Assembly: GCA_964291415.2 (NCBI GenBank)
Contig: OZ219918.1
Span: 96,001-160,000 of the forward strand
Direction of reading: 5' to 3'
DNA: 64,000 nt
DNA from: Alphaproteobacteria bacterium
Lineage (GTDB): Bacteria; Pseudomonadota; Alphaproteobacteria; SP197
The notes under the pieces were generated by a model. The model ran no database searches and had not been told where the DNA came from. It saw nothing but the letters and a program-made list of their open reading frames with translations. Position 1 is the first letter of the stretch, and the number at the start of each line of letters is the position of its first letter. The translations under genes were made by a program, and so were the position numbers. This document shows, piece after piece, positions 31,384 through 41,381 of this stretch.

Positions 31384-33196
31384 GCGTCTTCTCGGCGCCG
31401 GCCTTGTTGCAGCCACCGTCCTGGCCACGGCCGGTGCAAGCGGTCAGGACGCCGAGCCCCTTGACATCATTCCCCTCGAGCCCATCGAATTCGACGTCAT
31501 TCCCCTCGAGCCTGTCGAATCCGACATCATCGATTCAGGGGCGATTGACTCGGAGGAAGTGGCCGAAGACATCGTCGAGGCGCCACCGGTGACCTTGCAG
31601 CAGCTTGAAGAACTGGCGGCGGACGGGCTCGAGGTGGATACCCTTCCGGCCCTCGATACCGGTCGTGTGGGGACGATCGACGAGACGACAGGCGGGTTCT
31701 CCCGGAACCTGTGGCAGAAGAGTGACGGCGCCTTCATCGTCTCTCTCATGGGCATGCTCGAATCCGGAACGCAGAGAGTGCCGGAACTGGCGCGGCGTCT
31801 GCTGCTGACCACGGCCGATCCCCCGGCCGATGCCGTGGACGACTGGCTGGGGCTGAGGATCGAGACCCTGATCGCCCTGGGCCTCACCGACGATGCCGCC
31901 GATCTCATGCAGCGTGCCGGGCGCCGGGCCCTGCAGGGAGCCGGCAGCAGGGGAAAGATCGACGTCCTCCTCCTTGCCGGTGACGGCGGGCAGGCGTGCC
32001 GGGAAGTCCGCGCGCAGCTTGACGAGGACGATGACCTCTATCTGGCCACCGCGCTGGTGTTCTGTCAGCGTCTCGAGGGCGCCCACGCCGCCGCGGAACT
32101 GAGTCTGACCGTGCTCCAGGATGCCGGCGTTGACATCGATCCCCGACTCCTGGTGCTGGACAGGGCGCTTGCGACATCCACACCGGCGGATCTCGTCACG
32201 CTCGGCAACGTCACGCCTCTCATGTTTGCCATGGTCCTTGCCGGAGCGGCAGAGGTCTCCATCGACTTCCTGGAACACGCATCGTTGCCGGTCTTGCGGG
32301 CGATCGCGGATCAGGCCGGACTTCCCGTCGCCCTGCGGCTGGCCGCCGCGGAGCGGGCAACGGCCCGTGGCTTCATGGAGCCGGCCGATCTGGCTTCCCT
32401 CTACCTGGCTGCCGGTCCGTCCGACGACACGCACGCCGATCCCCTCTCCCGGGCACGGATGTTTCAGGACCTGAAAGGCGCGGCGCTGGCCGACGACAAG
32501 GCGAGGCTCATCACCACGTTCGTCCAGCACGGCGCAAGGACGCCGGAGCCCTGGGTGTTCCGGGCCGTGGCCATGGTGGCGGCCACCGAGGTTGCAGCGT
32601 TCACTCCGGGCCACGAGCTCGGCTGGTTCTCCACCCAGGCGGTCCTCACGCTGCTGGCGGCGGGGGCGGCAGAGGACGCCGCCAGATGGTGGCCGCTCAT
32701 CGAACAGCGTGCGCTCCTCGACCACGCGGCGGCGGCGGAGGCGGCCGTCTTCTGGCCGCTGCTCCGGTTGTGGATGGGCGATGACCTCGTCGATGACGGC
32801 ACCGCGATGCACACCTGGTGGCGCACGGTCGTCGGGGTCGCACCCGAACGCGCCCGTCGACTTGGAGAACTCTACCTTGTCCTCCTGGCGGCCCTTGGCG
32901 ACCGGATTGGCGAGCCGATCATGCACGATATCCTTGTCGCCGCGTTCGGTGACAGGCAGCTTGTGCCACGTGAGAATACCGGCGATGCCGGACTTGTCGT
33001 GGCGCTCTCCGCGGCATCCAGTGATGGCCGTCTCGGCGAGGCGCTGCTGCTCTCCACCATCCTCCTGGCGTCGCAGGATCCTTCCCGTGTCGACATCCGG
33101 AGTGCGGCTGCCGTGATCAGCGCCCTGAAATCTCTCGGCCTGGAACGCGAGGCGAGGCTCCTTGCTCTCGAGATCGCTTTCGCGAACGCAGTCTGA
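31364..33196 (+). CDS. Exported conserved hypothetical protein upstream of xerD
   Basis: Signal peptide, acidic N-terminus, GG...NLW, RIETL..LG, L..LGL..EAR.LA.E. Confidence 0.75.
   Translation: MTGSTTRRLLGAGLVAATVLATAGASGQDAEPLDIIPLEPIEFDVIPLEPVESDIIDSGAIDSEEVAEDIVEAPPVTLQQLEELAADGLEVDTLPALDTGRVGTIDETTGGFSRNLWQKSDGAFIVSLMGMLESGTQRVPELARRLLLTTADPPADAVDDWLGLRIETLIALGLTDDAADLMQRAGRRALQGAGSRGKIDVLLLAGDGGQACREVRAQLDEDDDLYLATALVFCQRLEGAHAAAELSLTVLQDAGVDIDPRLLVLDRALATSTPADLVTLGNVTPLMFAMVLAGAAEVSIDFLEHASLPVLRAIADQAGLPVALRLAAAERATARGFMEPADLASLYLAAGPSDDTHADPLSRARMFQDLKGAALADDKARLITTFVQHGARTPEPWVFRAVAMVAATEVAAFTPGHELGWFSTQAVLTLLAAGAAEDAARWWPLIEQRALLDHAAAAEAAVFWPLLRLWMGDDLVDDGTAMHTWWRTVVGVAPERARRLGELYLVLLAALGDRIGEPIMHDILVAAFGDRQLVPRENTGDAGLVVALSAASSDGRLGEALLLSTILLASQDPSRVDIRSAAAVISALKSLGLEREARLLALEIAFANAV
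31463..31530 (+). repeat. 30-bp tandem repeat x2.3 encoding D(I/V)IPLEP(I/V)E
   Basis: gacatcattcccctcgagcccatcgaattc / gacgtcattcccctcgagcctgtcgaatcc / gacatcat. Confidence 0.85.
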
Positions 33197-33242
33197 CGGG
33201 CCGGAAGGGAGTCTCCGCAATCATGGCCCGCACGGTGCGACG

Positions 33243-34133
33243 GTGACGAAGGCGAGCCAGGGGGCGGCGGACGCCGTCGGCCTCTTCCTCGAGATGATGG
33301 TGGTCGAGCGTGGCGCGTCCGGCAACACGGTCGAGGCCTATCGCCGGGACCTCGCGGATCTCGCAGGATTCCTGGCGCCCGTTTCCCTTCAGGACGCGTC
33401 ATCCGACGACATTCGCCGCTGGCTCGGCGCACTGCGTCGCCGCGGCGCCAGCGCCGGGACCGCGGCGCGGCGCATGTCGGCTGCCCGCCAGTTCTACCGT
33501 TTCCTCGCCAGCGAGAAACTGCGCGGCGATGATCCGGCGGCAAAGCTGGAGTCGCCCCGGTCCGGACAGGCCCTGCCGAAAGTGCTGTCCCAGGACCAGG
33601 TCAGCCGATTGCTGGAGACCGCTCACAGCGGCGAGCGTCCGGAAGACCTGCGCCGGGCGGCGCTGGTGGAACTGCTCTACGCGACCGGTCTGCGTGTCTC
33701 CGAGCTCGTGTCCCTGCCCGCCAGTGCGATCGAGCGCGACGCGCCCTTCATCATCGTGCGCGGCAAGGGCGGGCGTGAGCGTCTCGTGCCCATTGGCGAG
33801 AGGGCACTGCGAACGGTCAGGAGCTGGCTTGCCGTCCGTCCGCGTCCCTCACCATGGCTGTTTCCGTCCCGCGGCGCATCCGGTCATCTGACGCGCCAGT
33901 CTGCGGGCAGGATCCTGAAGAAACTGGCCCTGGACTCGTGCCTTGAGCCGGCTGCGGTCTCTCCCCACGTGCTGCGCCATGCCTTCGCCAGCCATCTGCT
34001 GGACAACGGAGCGGACCTGCGTTCCGTCCAGACCATGCTGGGTCATGCCGACATTTCCACCACGCAGATCTACACCCACGTGCTCGAGGAGCGCCTCAAG
34101 TCCGCCCTGGCCGGGCACCACCCTCTCGCTTGA
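33243..34133 (+). CDS. xerD: Tyrosine recombinase XerD
   Basis: LYATGLRVSEL, GKGG.ERLVP, HVLRHAFASHLL..GADLR.VQ.MLGHADISTTQIYTHV; aroK-xerD-accA context. Confidence 0.9.
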   Translation: MTKASQGAADAVGLFLEMMVVERGASGNTVEAYRRDLADLAGFLAPVSLQDASSDDIRRWLGALRRRGASAGTAARRMSAARQFYRFLASEKLRGDDPAAKLESPRSGQALPKVLSQDQVSRLLETAHSGERPEDLRRAALVELLYATGLRVSELVSLPASAIERDAPFIIVRGKGGRERLVPIGERALRTVRSWLAVRPRPSPWLFPSRGASGHLTRQSAGRILKKLALDSCLEPAAVSPHVLRHAFASHLLDNGADLRSVQTMLGHADISTTQIYTHVLEERLKSALAGHHPLA

Positions 34134-34197
34134 CAGTCACCGCTGGCGCAAGGCATGGACTCGTGCCACTCATTCACCCCGGGGGGAGAACCGGATC

Positions 34198-35178
34198 ATG
34201 AGTTTCACCATCATCGATGCCGCTCCGGCGCGGCTCAACCGCAGCGAGCTCGCGGTTCCTGGAAGCCGCACGGAACTCTTCGCCAAGGCGGCAGCCGGCG
34301 CTGCCGACGTCGTCTTTCTCGATCTCGAGGATGCGGTTGCACCGGACGACAAGCCGCAGGCCAGGAAGAACGTGATCGAGGCCGTCAACGACCTCGACTG
34401 GGGTTCCAAGACCCTGTCCGTGCGGATCAACGGGCTCGACACGCACTACATGTACCGTGACGTCGTCGACGTGATCGAGCAGACGAATGGCCGGCTGGAT
34501 CTCATCATGATCCCCAAGGTCGGAACGCCGGCCGATGTCTATGCCGTCGACATGCTCGTCACCCAGGTCGAGGACGCGATGTCGCGTTCGAAACGGATCG
34601 GTTTCGAACTCATCATCGAGACGGCCCTCGGCATGTCCAACGTCGAGGCGATCGCCGGCGCCAGCGGGCGCAACGAGAGCCTGCATTTCGGGGTGGCCGA
34701 CTATGCCGCCTCGACGCGTGCCCGCATGACAACCATCGGCGGTCCCAATCCCCTTTACGGTGTGCTGACCGACGCCGAGGGCGACGCCCCGCGGGACTAT
34801 CACTGGGGAGACATGTGGCACTTCGCCATTTCCCGCATGGTGGTGGCGGCCCGGGCACGGGGCCTCAGACCCATCGACGGACCCTTCGGCGACTTCCGGG
34901 ATGCCGACGGCTATCGCGCCCAGGCCAACCGGGCAGCAGCCCTGGGATGCGAGGGCAAGTGGGCCATTCATCCGGGGCAGATTCCCCTCGCCAACGAGGT
35001 GAACAGTCCTTCCGAAAAGGAAGTCACCCAGGCACGGCGCATTCTCGAGGCCATGGACAAGGCGCAGAGGGAAGGCCAGGGAGCGGTCTCCCTGGACGGC
35101 AAGCTGATCGATATCGCGTCGATCAAGCAGGCCGAGGTCATGGTGCGCAAGGCCGAGCAGATCAGTTCCGCCGAATAG
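34198..35178 (+). CDS. mcl: L-malyl-CoA/beta-methylmalyl-CoA lyase (CitE/HpcH family)
   Basis: PARLNRSELAVPGS, DLEDAVAPDDK, FGVADYAAST, DGPFGDF, GCEGKWAIHP. Confidence 0.88.
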   Translation: MSFTIIDAAPARLNRSELAVPGSRTELFAKAAAGAADVVFLDLEDAVAPDDKPQARKNVIEAVNDLDWGSKTLSVRINGLDTHYMYRDVVDVIEQTNGRLDLIMIPKVGTPADVYAVDMLVTQVEDAMSRSKRIGFELIIETALGMSNVEAIAGASGRNESLHFGVADYAASTRARMTTIGGPNPLYGVLTDAEGDAPRDYHWGDMWHFAISRMVVAARARGLRPIDGPFGDFRDADGYRAQANRAAALGCEGKWAIHPGQIPLANEVNSPSEKEVTQARRILEAMDKAQREGQGAVSLDGKLIDIASIKQAEVMVRKAEQISSAE

Positions 35179-35197
35179 GGACAGTATTGCCACCATC

Positions 35198-36154
35198 ATG
35201 CGTCTGGCACTGGAATTCGAGCGGCCGATCGTCGAACTCGAGCGCAAGATCGAGGAGCTCCGCCGGCTGTCGGTCGATGACGGCGTCAACATTGTCGAAG
35301 AGGTCAATCGCCTGGAGACAAAGCTCGACCGTCTCCTCGTCCAGACCTACGGCAAGCTCAGCCCGTGGCAGAAGACCCAGGTCGCCCGGCATCCGGCGCG
35401 TCCTCACACGTCTGTCTTCATCTCGTCCCTGATCGAGGACTTCGTGCCGTTCGCCGGAGACCGTCTCTACGGCGAGGATCCTGCCATGCTGGCGGGGCTC
35501 GGCACCTTCAACGGGCGTCGGGTGGTGGTCATGGGCCACGAGAAGGGCAACGACACCGACAGCAGGGTCCGGCACAACTTCGGCATGGCGCGGCCCGAGG
35601 GCTATCGCAAGGCCGCCCGGCTGATGCGCCTGGCGGACCGCTTTGGCCTTCCCGTGATCACCTTTGTCGACACGGCCGGCGCCTACCCGGGAATCGGCGC
35701 CGAAGAGAGGGGGCAGGCGGAAGCGATTGCCCGTTGCATCGAGACCTGCCTGACCATCCAGGTGCCCTTGGTGTCCGTGGTGATCGGCGAGGGCGGCTCC
35801 GGGGGCGCCATCGCCATTGCCGTGGCGGATCGCGTGTTGATGCTCGAACACGCTGTCTATTCCGTTATCTCTCCGGAGGGATGCGCCTCCATCCTGTGGC
35901 GCAGCAGCGACGAGGCCGAAACGGCTGCCAATGCGCTGAAACTGACCGCCACCGACCTGGAGGGACTGAAGATCATCGACCAGGTGGTGAAGGAACCGCT
36001 CGGCGGCGCCCACCGCGACCCCGATGCTGCCATACGCACGACCGCGGAGGCGATTTCCGTTGCGCTGGAGGAGCTCGATCCTCTCGATGGCGATGCCCTC
36101 GTCGCCGGGCGCCGCGACAAGTTCATGAAGATGGGCCGCCATCTCAACCAGTGA
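35198..36154 (+). CDS. accA: Acetyl-CoA carboxylase carboxyltransferase alpha subunit
   Basis: VARHP.RP, NFGMARPEGYRKA, GEGGSGGA, SVISPEGCASILW. Confidence 0.97.
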   Translation: MRLALEFERPIVELERKIEELRRLSVDDGVNIVEEVNRLETKLDRLLVQTYGKLSPWQKTQVARHPARPHTSVFISSLIEDFVPFAGDRLYGEDPAMLAGLGTFNGRRVVVMGHEKGNDTDSRVRHNFGMARPEGYRKAARLMRLADRFGLPVITFVDTAGAYPGIGAEERGQAEAIARCIETCLTIQVPLVSVVIGEGGSGGAIAIAVADRVLMLEHAVYSVISPEGCASILWRSSDEAETAANALKLTATDLEGLKIIDQVVKEPLGGAHRDPDAAIRTTAEAISVALEELDPLDGDALVAGRRDKFMKMGRHLNQ

Positions 36155-36218
36155 CGCATCCCCCTCATCGGGACTTGCACCCGGCGATGTCGTCGGCTAC
36201 CTAGGCACGTGAGCCAGC

Positions 36219-36295
36219 GCACCCCTAGCTCAACTGGATAGAGCACCTGACTACGGATCAGGAGGTTGGGGGTTCGAGTCCTCCGGGGTGCGCCA
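36219..36295 (+). tRNA. tRNA-Arg(ACG)
   Basis: GCACCCC/GGGGTGC acceptor stem, TAGCTCAACTGGATAGAGC D-arm, CCTGA-CTACGGA-TCAGG anticodon arm, GGTTCGAGTCC, encoded CCA. Confidence 0.97.
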
Positions 36296-36409
36296 ATCCT
36301 TCAATGGGTTGCAGAAAGCTGGCATCCCGTTCCGCTTCTCGGTGCGGGCTTCCTCACTGTCGTCATCTCCTCTGGCACGCGTCACCTGCCGGTCCAGGAA
36401 GCATACTGG

Positions 36410-36811
36410 TCACGTACCTTCGATTTCATGCCGGGCTGCCGTTGCAAGGAAGGCCGAACGGGTCATGCGGCGTTGTCTGGCTTCATCGTCGATGGCTTCG
36501 AGCAGGCCGCGGTCGAGGGAGATATTGATCCGCCGCGATGAACCGCGGTCCAGGAGGAGCGGGATCAGCACCAGATCGGCCCCTTTGCGCCAGTCGGCGA
36601 GTTCCGGATCGGCCTTGATAGCATCGATTGAGCGGGGAGGTGGAATCCGTTCGCCGTCGTTGCGAAGACCCTCGACGTGGAACGCGAGTGCTTCGCAGCC
36701 ATGGTGGACGGCGTCGTCGACCGAGTCGCCTACGGACACGCAGCCCGGGAAATCGGGGAAACTGACACCGTAACCGGCGTCGTCCTGGTGGATGAAGGAT
36801 ACGTAGCGCAT
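36410..36811 (-). CDS. hicB: HicB antitoxin with C-terminal RHH domain
   Basis: YGVSFPDFPGCVS.GD, RINISLD..LL.AID..A....TRSAFL. Confidence 0.92.
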   Translation of the reverse strand: MRYVSFIHQDDAGYGVSFPDFPGCVSVGDSVDDAVHHGCEALAFHVEGLRNDGERIPPPRSIDAIKADPELADWRKGADLVLIPLLLDRGSSRRINISLDRGLLEAIDDEARQRRMTRSAFLATAARHEIEGT

Positions 36812-36823
36812 CGGTTTTTCCTC

Positions 36824-37027
36824 TTACGTGTTCCAGCCCGCCTGCCGGTAGATCGACGCCACCGTTCCACGCGGGATATCCCTGTTCGGGTGCGGAACGG
36901 TCACCCGTCCCGATTTCTCGGGGTGTGTGAACTGCCAGTGGCTGCCCCTGGTGGCAACGTGTACCCAGCCGTCCTTCCGGAGCATGCGAATGAGCTTGCC
37001 ACTGTTGCGTTCCACGACCTTCTTCAT
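36824..37027 (-). CDS. hicA: HicA toxin
   Basis: L.KDGW.....GSH.QFTHP...GRVTVPHP..DIP.GT..SIY.QAG. Confidence 0.92.
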   Translation of the reverse strand: MKKVVERNSGKLIRMLRKDGWVHVATRGSHWQFTHPEKSGRVTVPHPNRDIPRGTVASIYRQAGWNT

Positions 37028-37062
37028 TGTGTAACAATATACACAACTCTGCGGCGGATCAA
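37027..37062 (-). promoter_or_regulatory. hicAB promoter TTGATC-17-TATTGT with palindrome TTGTGTA-N6-TACACAA; probably leaderless
   Basis: Inverted repeat at 37027-37046 straddles the -10 box; ATG lies 6 nt after it. Confidence 0.65.
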
Positions 37063-37181
37063 GACGGACTATCATTCACCTCATCTTTCGATCCCTCCTA
37101 TTGGGGTCGTGGTGACCGGTGCTTCCCTGACCTCTGGTGGCTGTCGCACCGCCAATTCAAAGCTGCACTTCGGGCCGAAGG

Positions 37182-37227
37182 CTGACTATGGATCAGGTGG
37201 TTGGGGGTTCGAGTCCTCCGGGGTGCG
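37182..37227 (+). repeat. Direct repeat of the tRNA-Arg 3' part (attR-like; copy of 36247-36292)
   Basis: 44/46 identical; anticodon changed ACG>ATG, followed by TCA instead of CCA. Confidence 0.9.
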
Positions 37228-37248
37228 TCATGTTCTCTTCCAGTGTCG

Positions 37249-37977
37249 TCAGCGGACCACCAGGGCGAGGGCGACGAGCACAAGCAGCACCGTGACGAGT
37301 CGGCGGAAGAGTCGTTCCGGTACGCGTCCCGCAATCGCTTGACCCAGGAAGGTCCCGGCGACAACGGGCAGCGCCAGCCACAGGCATTCGTCCACGACCC
37401 GCTCCGGGATCCCGTCAACGAGGCCCTGCAGGGCCAGGGCTGCCGGATAGCAGACGAGGGCGACGATGAGCAGGGTGGCGCGCGTTCGTGCCTTCTTCAG
37501 TCCGGTGGCCGATGCCCAGGCGGCAACAGGAGGGCCGGGCATGGCAAGCGTCGCCGTCATCGCGCCGCTCATCAGGCCGGTCAGCAGGCGGCCCGTGACG
37601 CTGCTCCCTCGGACCATGACCCGGCGTTCGTGAAACCCTGTCGAAAGGACGGCCATGGCCAGCACCGCCGCGGCTGCTCCCCACGTCAGATCGGCCACCG
37701 TTGCCGTGGCGAAGAGCAGGGAGCCCACGATTAGCCCGGCGGCGGCACCGCCGAGGAGGTGCTTGAGCAGGACCGGATCGGCCTCATCGAGTGACCTGCG
37801 GACCAGTATCAGCGATGGAATGGTCGAGAGCACGATGGTCACCTGGATGGCTGCCGTATCGCCCATGGCGACCAGCAGGATCGGCCCGGCGATGATGCCG
37901 AATCCCATGCCTGTCGCCGCCTGGAGAAGCGCCGCCACGAACACCACAAGGACGACGGCAATCGCAATGGCCGTCAT
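37249..37977 (-). CDS. TauE/SafE (TSUP) family exporter
   Basis: GMGFGIIA.P, GPP motif, 7-8 TM helices. Confidence 0.85.
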   Translation of the reverse strand: MTAIAIAVVLVVFVAALLQAATGMGFGIIAGPILLVAMGDTAAIQVTIVLSTIPSLILVRRSLDEADPVLLKHLLGGAAAGLIVGSLLFATATVADLTWGAAAAVLAMAVLSTGFHERRVMVRGSSVTGRLLTGLMSGAMTATLAMPGPPVAAWASATGLKKARTRATLLIVALVCYPAALALQGLVDGIPERVVDECLWLALPVVAGTFLGQAIAGRVPERLFRRLVTVLLVLVALALVVR

Positions 37978-37993
37978 GGGGTTCTCCGGCGTG

Positions 37994-39618
37994 TCAGCGG
38001 GACGCGGCCCGTTCCCTCAGGACGAACTTCTGTACCTTGCCGGTGGAGGTCTTCGGCAGTTCGCCGAACACCACGTGCTTCGGGCACTTGAAGTGCGCCA
38101 GGTTGTCCCGGCAGAAGACAATCAGTTCGTCAGCGGTGACCGTCATGTCGGGTTTGAGCGTGACAAAGGCGCACGGTGTTTCGCCCCACTTGTCATCGGG
38201 GCGCGCCACCACCGCCGCCTCGGCCACGGCCGGATGGCGATAGAGAACGCCCTCCACCTCGATGGTCGAGATGTTCTCTCCGCCTGAAATGATGATGTCC
38301 TTGCTGCGATCCCTGATCTCGACATAGCCATCAGGATGGGTAACCGCCAGGTCGCCGGTGTGGAACCATCCGCCGCGGAAGGCTTCCGTGCTTGCCCCGG
38401 GATTCTTGAGATAGCCGGACATGGTGATGTTGCCGCGCATCATGATCTCGCCCATGGTCTCGCCATCCGCCGGCACGGGTTCCATGGTCCGGGGCTCGGC
38501 GACCATCATCGCCTCCTGAACGGCGTAGGTCACACCCTGGCGGGCCTTCCGGTCCGCCTGTCCGGCGGCCGGCAGGTCATCCCACTCGGGATGCCAGGCG
38601 CACACGGTGGCCGGTCCATAGGTCTCGGTCAGGCCGTAGACGTGGGTGATGTCGATGCCGCGCGCCGCCATGCGTTCGAGGACGGCGGCCGGGGTGCGGC
38701 ACCCGCTGTCATCATCTTCACCTGGTGACGAATGCCCTGCCACAGGGCGTCCGGGCCGGCCAGCATCATGTTCATGACGACAGGCGCGCCGCACAGGTGC
38801 GTCACCCCGTGCTCGCCGATGGCGCCCAGTATTGATTCGGCCGAGAGTGCGCGCAGGCAGACATGTGTTCCCGCCATGGCGGTCACCGTCCATGGGAAAC
38901 ACCAGCCGTTGCAGTGGAACATCGGCAGGGTCCACAGATAGACGGGGTGGTGCGGCATCGACCAGGTGATGGCGTTGCCGAGAGCGTTCAGATAGGCGCC
39001 GCGGTGGTGGTAGACGACACCCTTGGGGTTGCCGGTGGTGCCTGAGGTGTAGTTCAGCGCAATCGGTTGCCATTCGTCGTCGGGTCCCGTCCATTGACCC
39101 GTTTCCTCTCCTTCGGCGAGCAGCTCCTCGTAGGTCAGGTCACCGAGAAGCTGCCCTCGGCCATCGGCCTGGGGATCGTCGATGTCGACGACGAGCAACC
39201 GGTGTTCGAGACCGGCAATGGCCTCGCTCACCGTTGGTGACAAGGCCCTGTCGGTGATGAGAACGCTCGCTTCACCGTGTTCGAGGATGAAGCGGATGGC
39301 GGCTGCGTCGAGACGGATGTTGAGGGAATTGATGACGGCGCCCGTCATCGGCACGGCAAGGCTCGCTTCGACGAATTCCGGCAGATTGGGCGCCATGATG
39401 GCCACGGTATCGCCCCTGGCCACGCCACGCCCTTGCAGTGCCGAGGCCAGCCTGCGGCATCGCCGGGCCGTGTCACGCCATGTCCTCTTCAGCGGACCGT
39501 GGATCACGGCGATCCGGTCCGGCCATACCGCAGCTGTCCGGTTGAGGAACGACACGGGAGAGAGCGCTACGTGGTTGGCGTCGTTGCGTCCGAGTCCATC
39601 AGTCCAGATGTCAGCCAT
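37994..39618 (-). pseudogene. Acyl-CoA synthetase (AMP-binding) with a 1-nt deletion in the C-run at 38691-38694
   Basis: NYTSGTTGNPKG, LPMFHCNGW in one frame and YGLTETYGP, HTGDL, DRSKDIIISGGENIS, PKTSTGKVQK in another; one extra C restores TAGAAPPAAV. Confidence 0.9.
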
Positions 39619-39697
39619 GGCACCCGCCTCTCGCCAAACCTTGTCTGATTTATCGCCGTCTCAAGGGTCATTGCAAGCGGGTGACGGCCACTGCACC

Positions 39698-41311
39698 ATG
39701 ACCGCCATGCACGTGCCCCGCACGACAAGACGGCCCCGCCACATCGTCGATACGTGGTACGACGCGGCGAGCGACGATCCGTCCGTCCTGCAGATCTGGG
39801 CCTATACGTCGCGCCCTTCCTGCCGCGTGGGCGAGGTCATCGAACTCCATGTTTCGACCAACGCCGACACCTTCGATCTCGACATCGCGAGGGACGGCCT
39901 GGAGACCATTCCGGTTCATCACGAAGCGGATCTTGCCGGCCGCTGGCATGCGACTCCTGATGACGCCTCTGCCACTGGCTGCGGCTGGCCGGTTGCCTGG
40001 CGCATGACCATTCCCGCCACCTGGCGTCCCGGCGGCTACATCATGACGCTCACGGCGCGGCGCGGCGGCGAGGTGGTCACCTATGATCACGTCGTCCTCA
40101 TCGGGAGTCCCCGGCGTGGAGCGGGTGCACCGCTGCTGTTGCTTGCGGCGACGCCCACCTGGGTTGCCTACAACGAGTGGGGCGGCTCGAACGCCTACGA
40201 GGGACTCTCCGGCGCCTCCGGCGACCGGTTCTCGACACATTTGAGTCTTCAGCGGCCGTGGTCGCGCGGCTTCGCGAGGCTGCCTTCGGGAGCGCCGCGG
40301 ACCCTTCCGGCGACGCCACTGCCCCAGGGCACGGCGGCGCGCTATCCCTACATGGAATGGGCATGGTCACACGGCTATTCCAAGAAGTACGCGTCGGCCG
40401 GGTGGGCAAGCTACGAGCGCCACATGGCGCGCTGGCTCGAGGCGGAAGGCCACGAGGTGGACGTGGCGGCGCTCCATGACATCCATGATGAGCCCGATCT
40501 GCTGGCCCGCCACCGCTGCGTCGTCATCGTCGGGCATGACGAATACTGGAGTCGTCCCATGCGAGACGCCATCGATCGCTTTGTCGAGGCGGGCGGCAGG
40601 GTGGCCCGCTTCGCCGGGAACTTCTTCTGGCAGATCAGGCTGGAAGACGAAGGCCGAACCCAGGTCTGCTACAAGTACGTCGCGGTCGATGAAGACCCCG
40701 TCATCGGCACGTCACAGGAACATCTCGCCACGACTTCATGGGAATCGCCCGAGGTGAACTGGCCCGGATCCCGCACCTTCGGGGTCAACGGTTCGAAGGG
40801 AATCTACGCCGGCCTCGGCCACTGCGCCGGCCGCGGAGCGGGCGGATTCACGGTCTATCGCCCCGACCACTGGGCCGTTGCCGGTTGCTGTCTCGGCTAC
40901 GGCGACATCCTCGGCGCCGACAGCAGGATCTTCGGTTACGAGGTCGACGGCCTCGATCACGTGATCCGCGATGGACTCCCGTCTCCGGTTCCAGGCGAGG
41001 ACATACCCGGTGACCTCGAGATCCTGGCGCTGGGTCCCGCCACCACCGTCGAGGCCGACTTCGGACTGTGGGGAGAGGATCTCTACATCGCCGACCACGA
41101 CAGGCGCTTTCTCGCCCGCATGGTCCATGGCGGGGAAACACCCGAGGCGCTGGAGAAGGTGACGCGAGGCAGTGGCATGATCGTCACCTTCCCCAAAGGT
41201 GCCGGCGAGGTCTTCACCGCCGCCACCTGCGAGTGGGTCAATGGCCTGCGTCTCGCCGATCCCGCCGTCTGCCAGGTCACCCGCAACGTCCTCGACCGTT
41301 TCCTCGCCTGA
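39698..41311 (+). CDS. N,N-dimethylformamidase beta-subunit family protein
   Basis: TW.AYN.WGG...Y, LSLQRP, GHDEYWS..MRD, AGNF.WQIR, GYEVD. Confidence 0.85.
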   Translation: MTAMHVPRTTRRPRHIVDTWYDAASDDPSVLQIWAYTSRPSCRVGEVIELHVSTNADTFDLDIARDGLETIPVHHEADLAGRWHATPDDASATGCGWPVAWRMTIPATWRPGGYIMTLTARRGGEVVTYDHVVLIGSPRRGAGAPLLLLAATPTWVAYNEWGGSNAYEGLSGASGDRFSTHLSLQRPWSRGFARLPSGAPRTLPATPLPQGTAARYPYMEWAWSHGYSKKYASAGWASYERHMARWLEAEGHEVDVAALHDIHDEPDLLARHRCVVIVGHDEYWSRPMRDAIDRFVEAGGRVARFAGNFFWQIRLEDEGRTQVCYKYVAVDEDPVIGTSQEHLATTSWESPEVNWPGSRTFGVNGSKGIYAGLGHCAGRGAGGFTVYRPDHWAVAGCCLGYGDILGADSRIFGYEVDGLDHVIRDGLPSPVPGEDIPGDLEILALGPATTVEADFGLWGEDLYIADHDRRFLARMVHGGETPEALEKVTRGSGMIVTFPKGAGEVFTAATCEWVNGLRLADPAVCQVTRNVLDRFLA

Positions 41312-41381
41312 CAGGGGTGGCTCACGGACTGGCCGTGGGACGCGCCGGTGACGGTGAGCAGGCGGCGCCCGCAGGAAGCCG

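Noticed and set aside
33243-34133. xerD as the integrase of the tRNA mini-island
   Set aside because: Housekeeping XerD sequence and context, and it lies outside the att repeats
37182-37230. Second tRNA gene
   Set aside because: No 5' acceptor strand or D-arm, altered anticodon and no CCA; it is an att-like repeat
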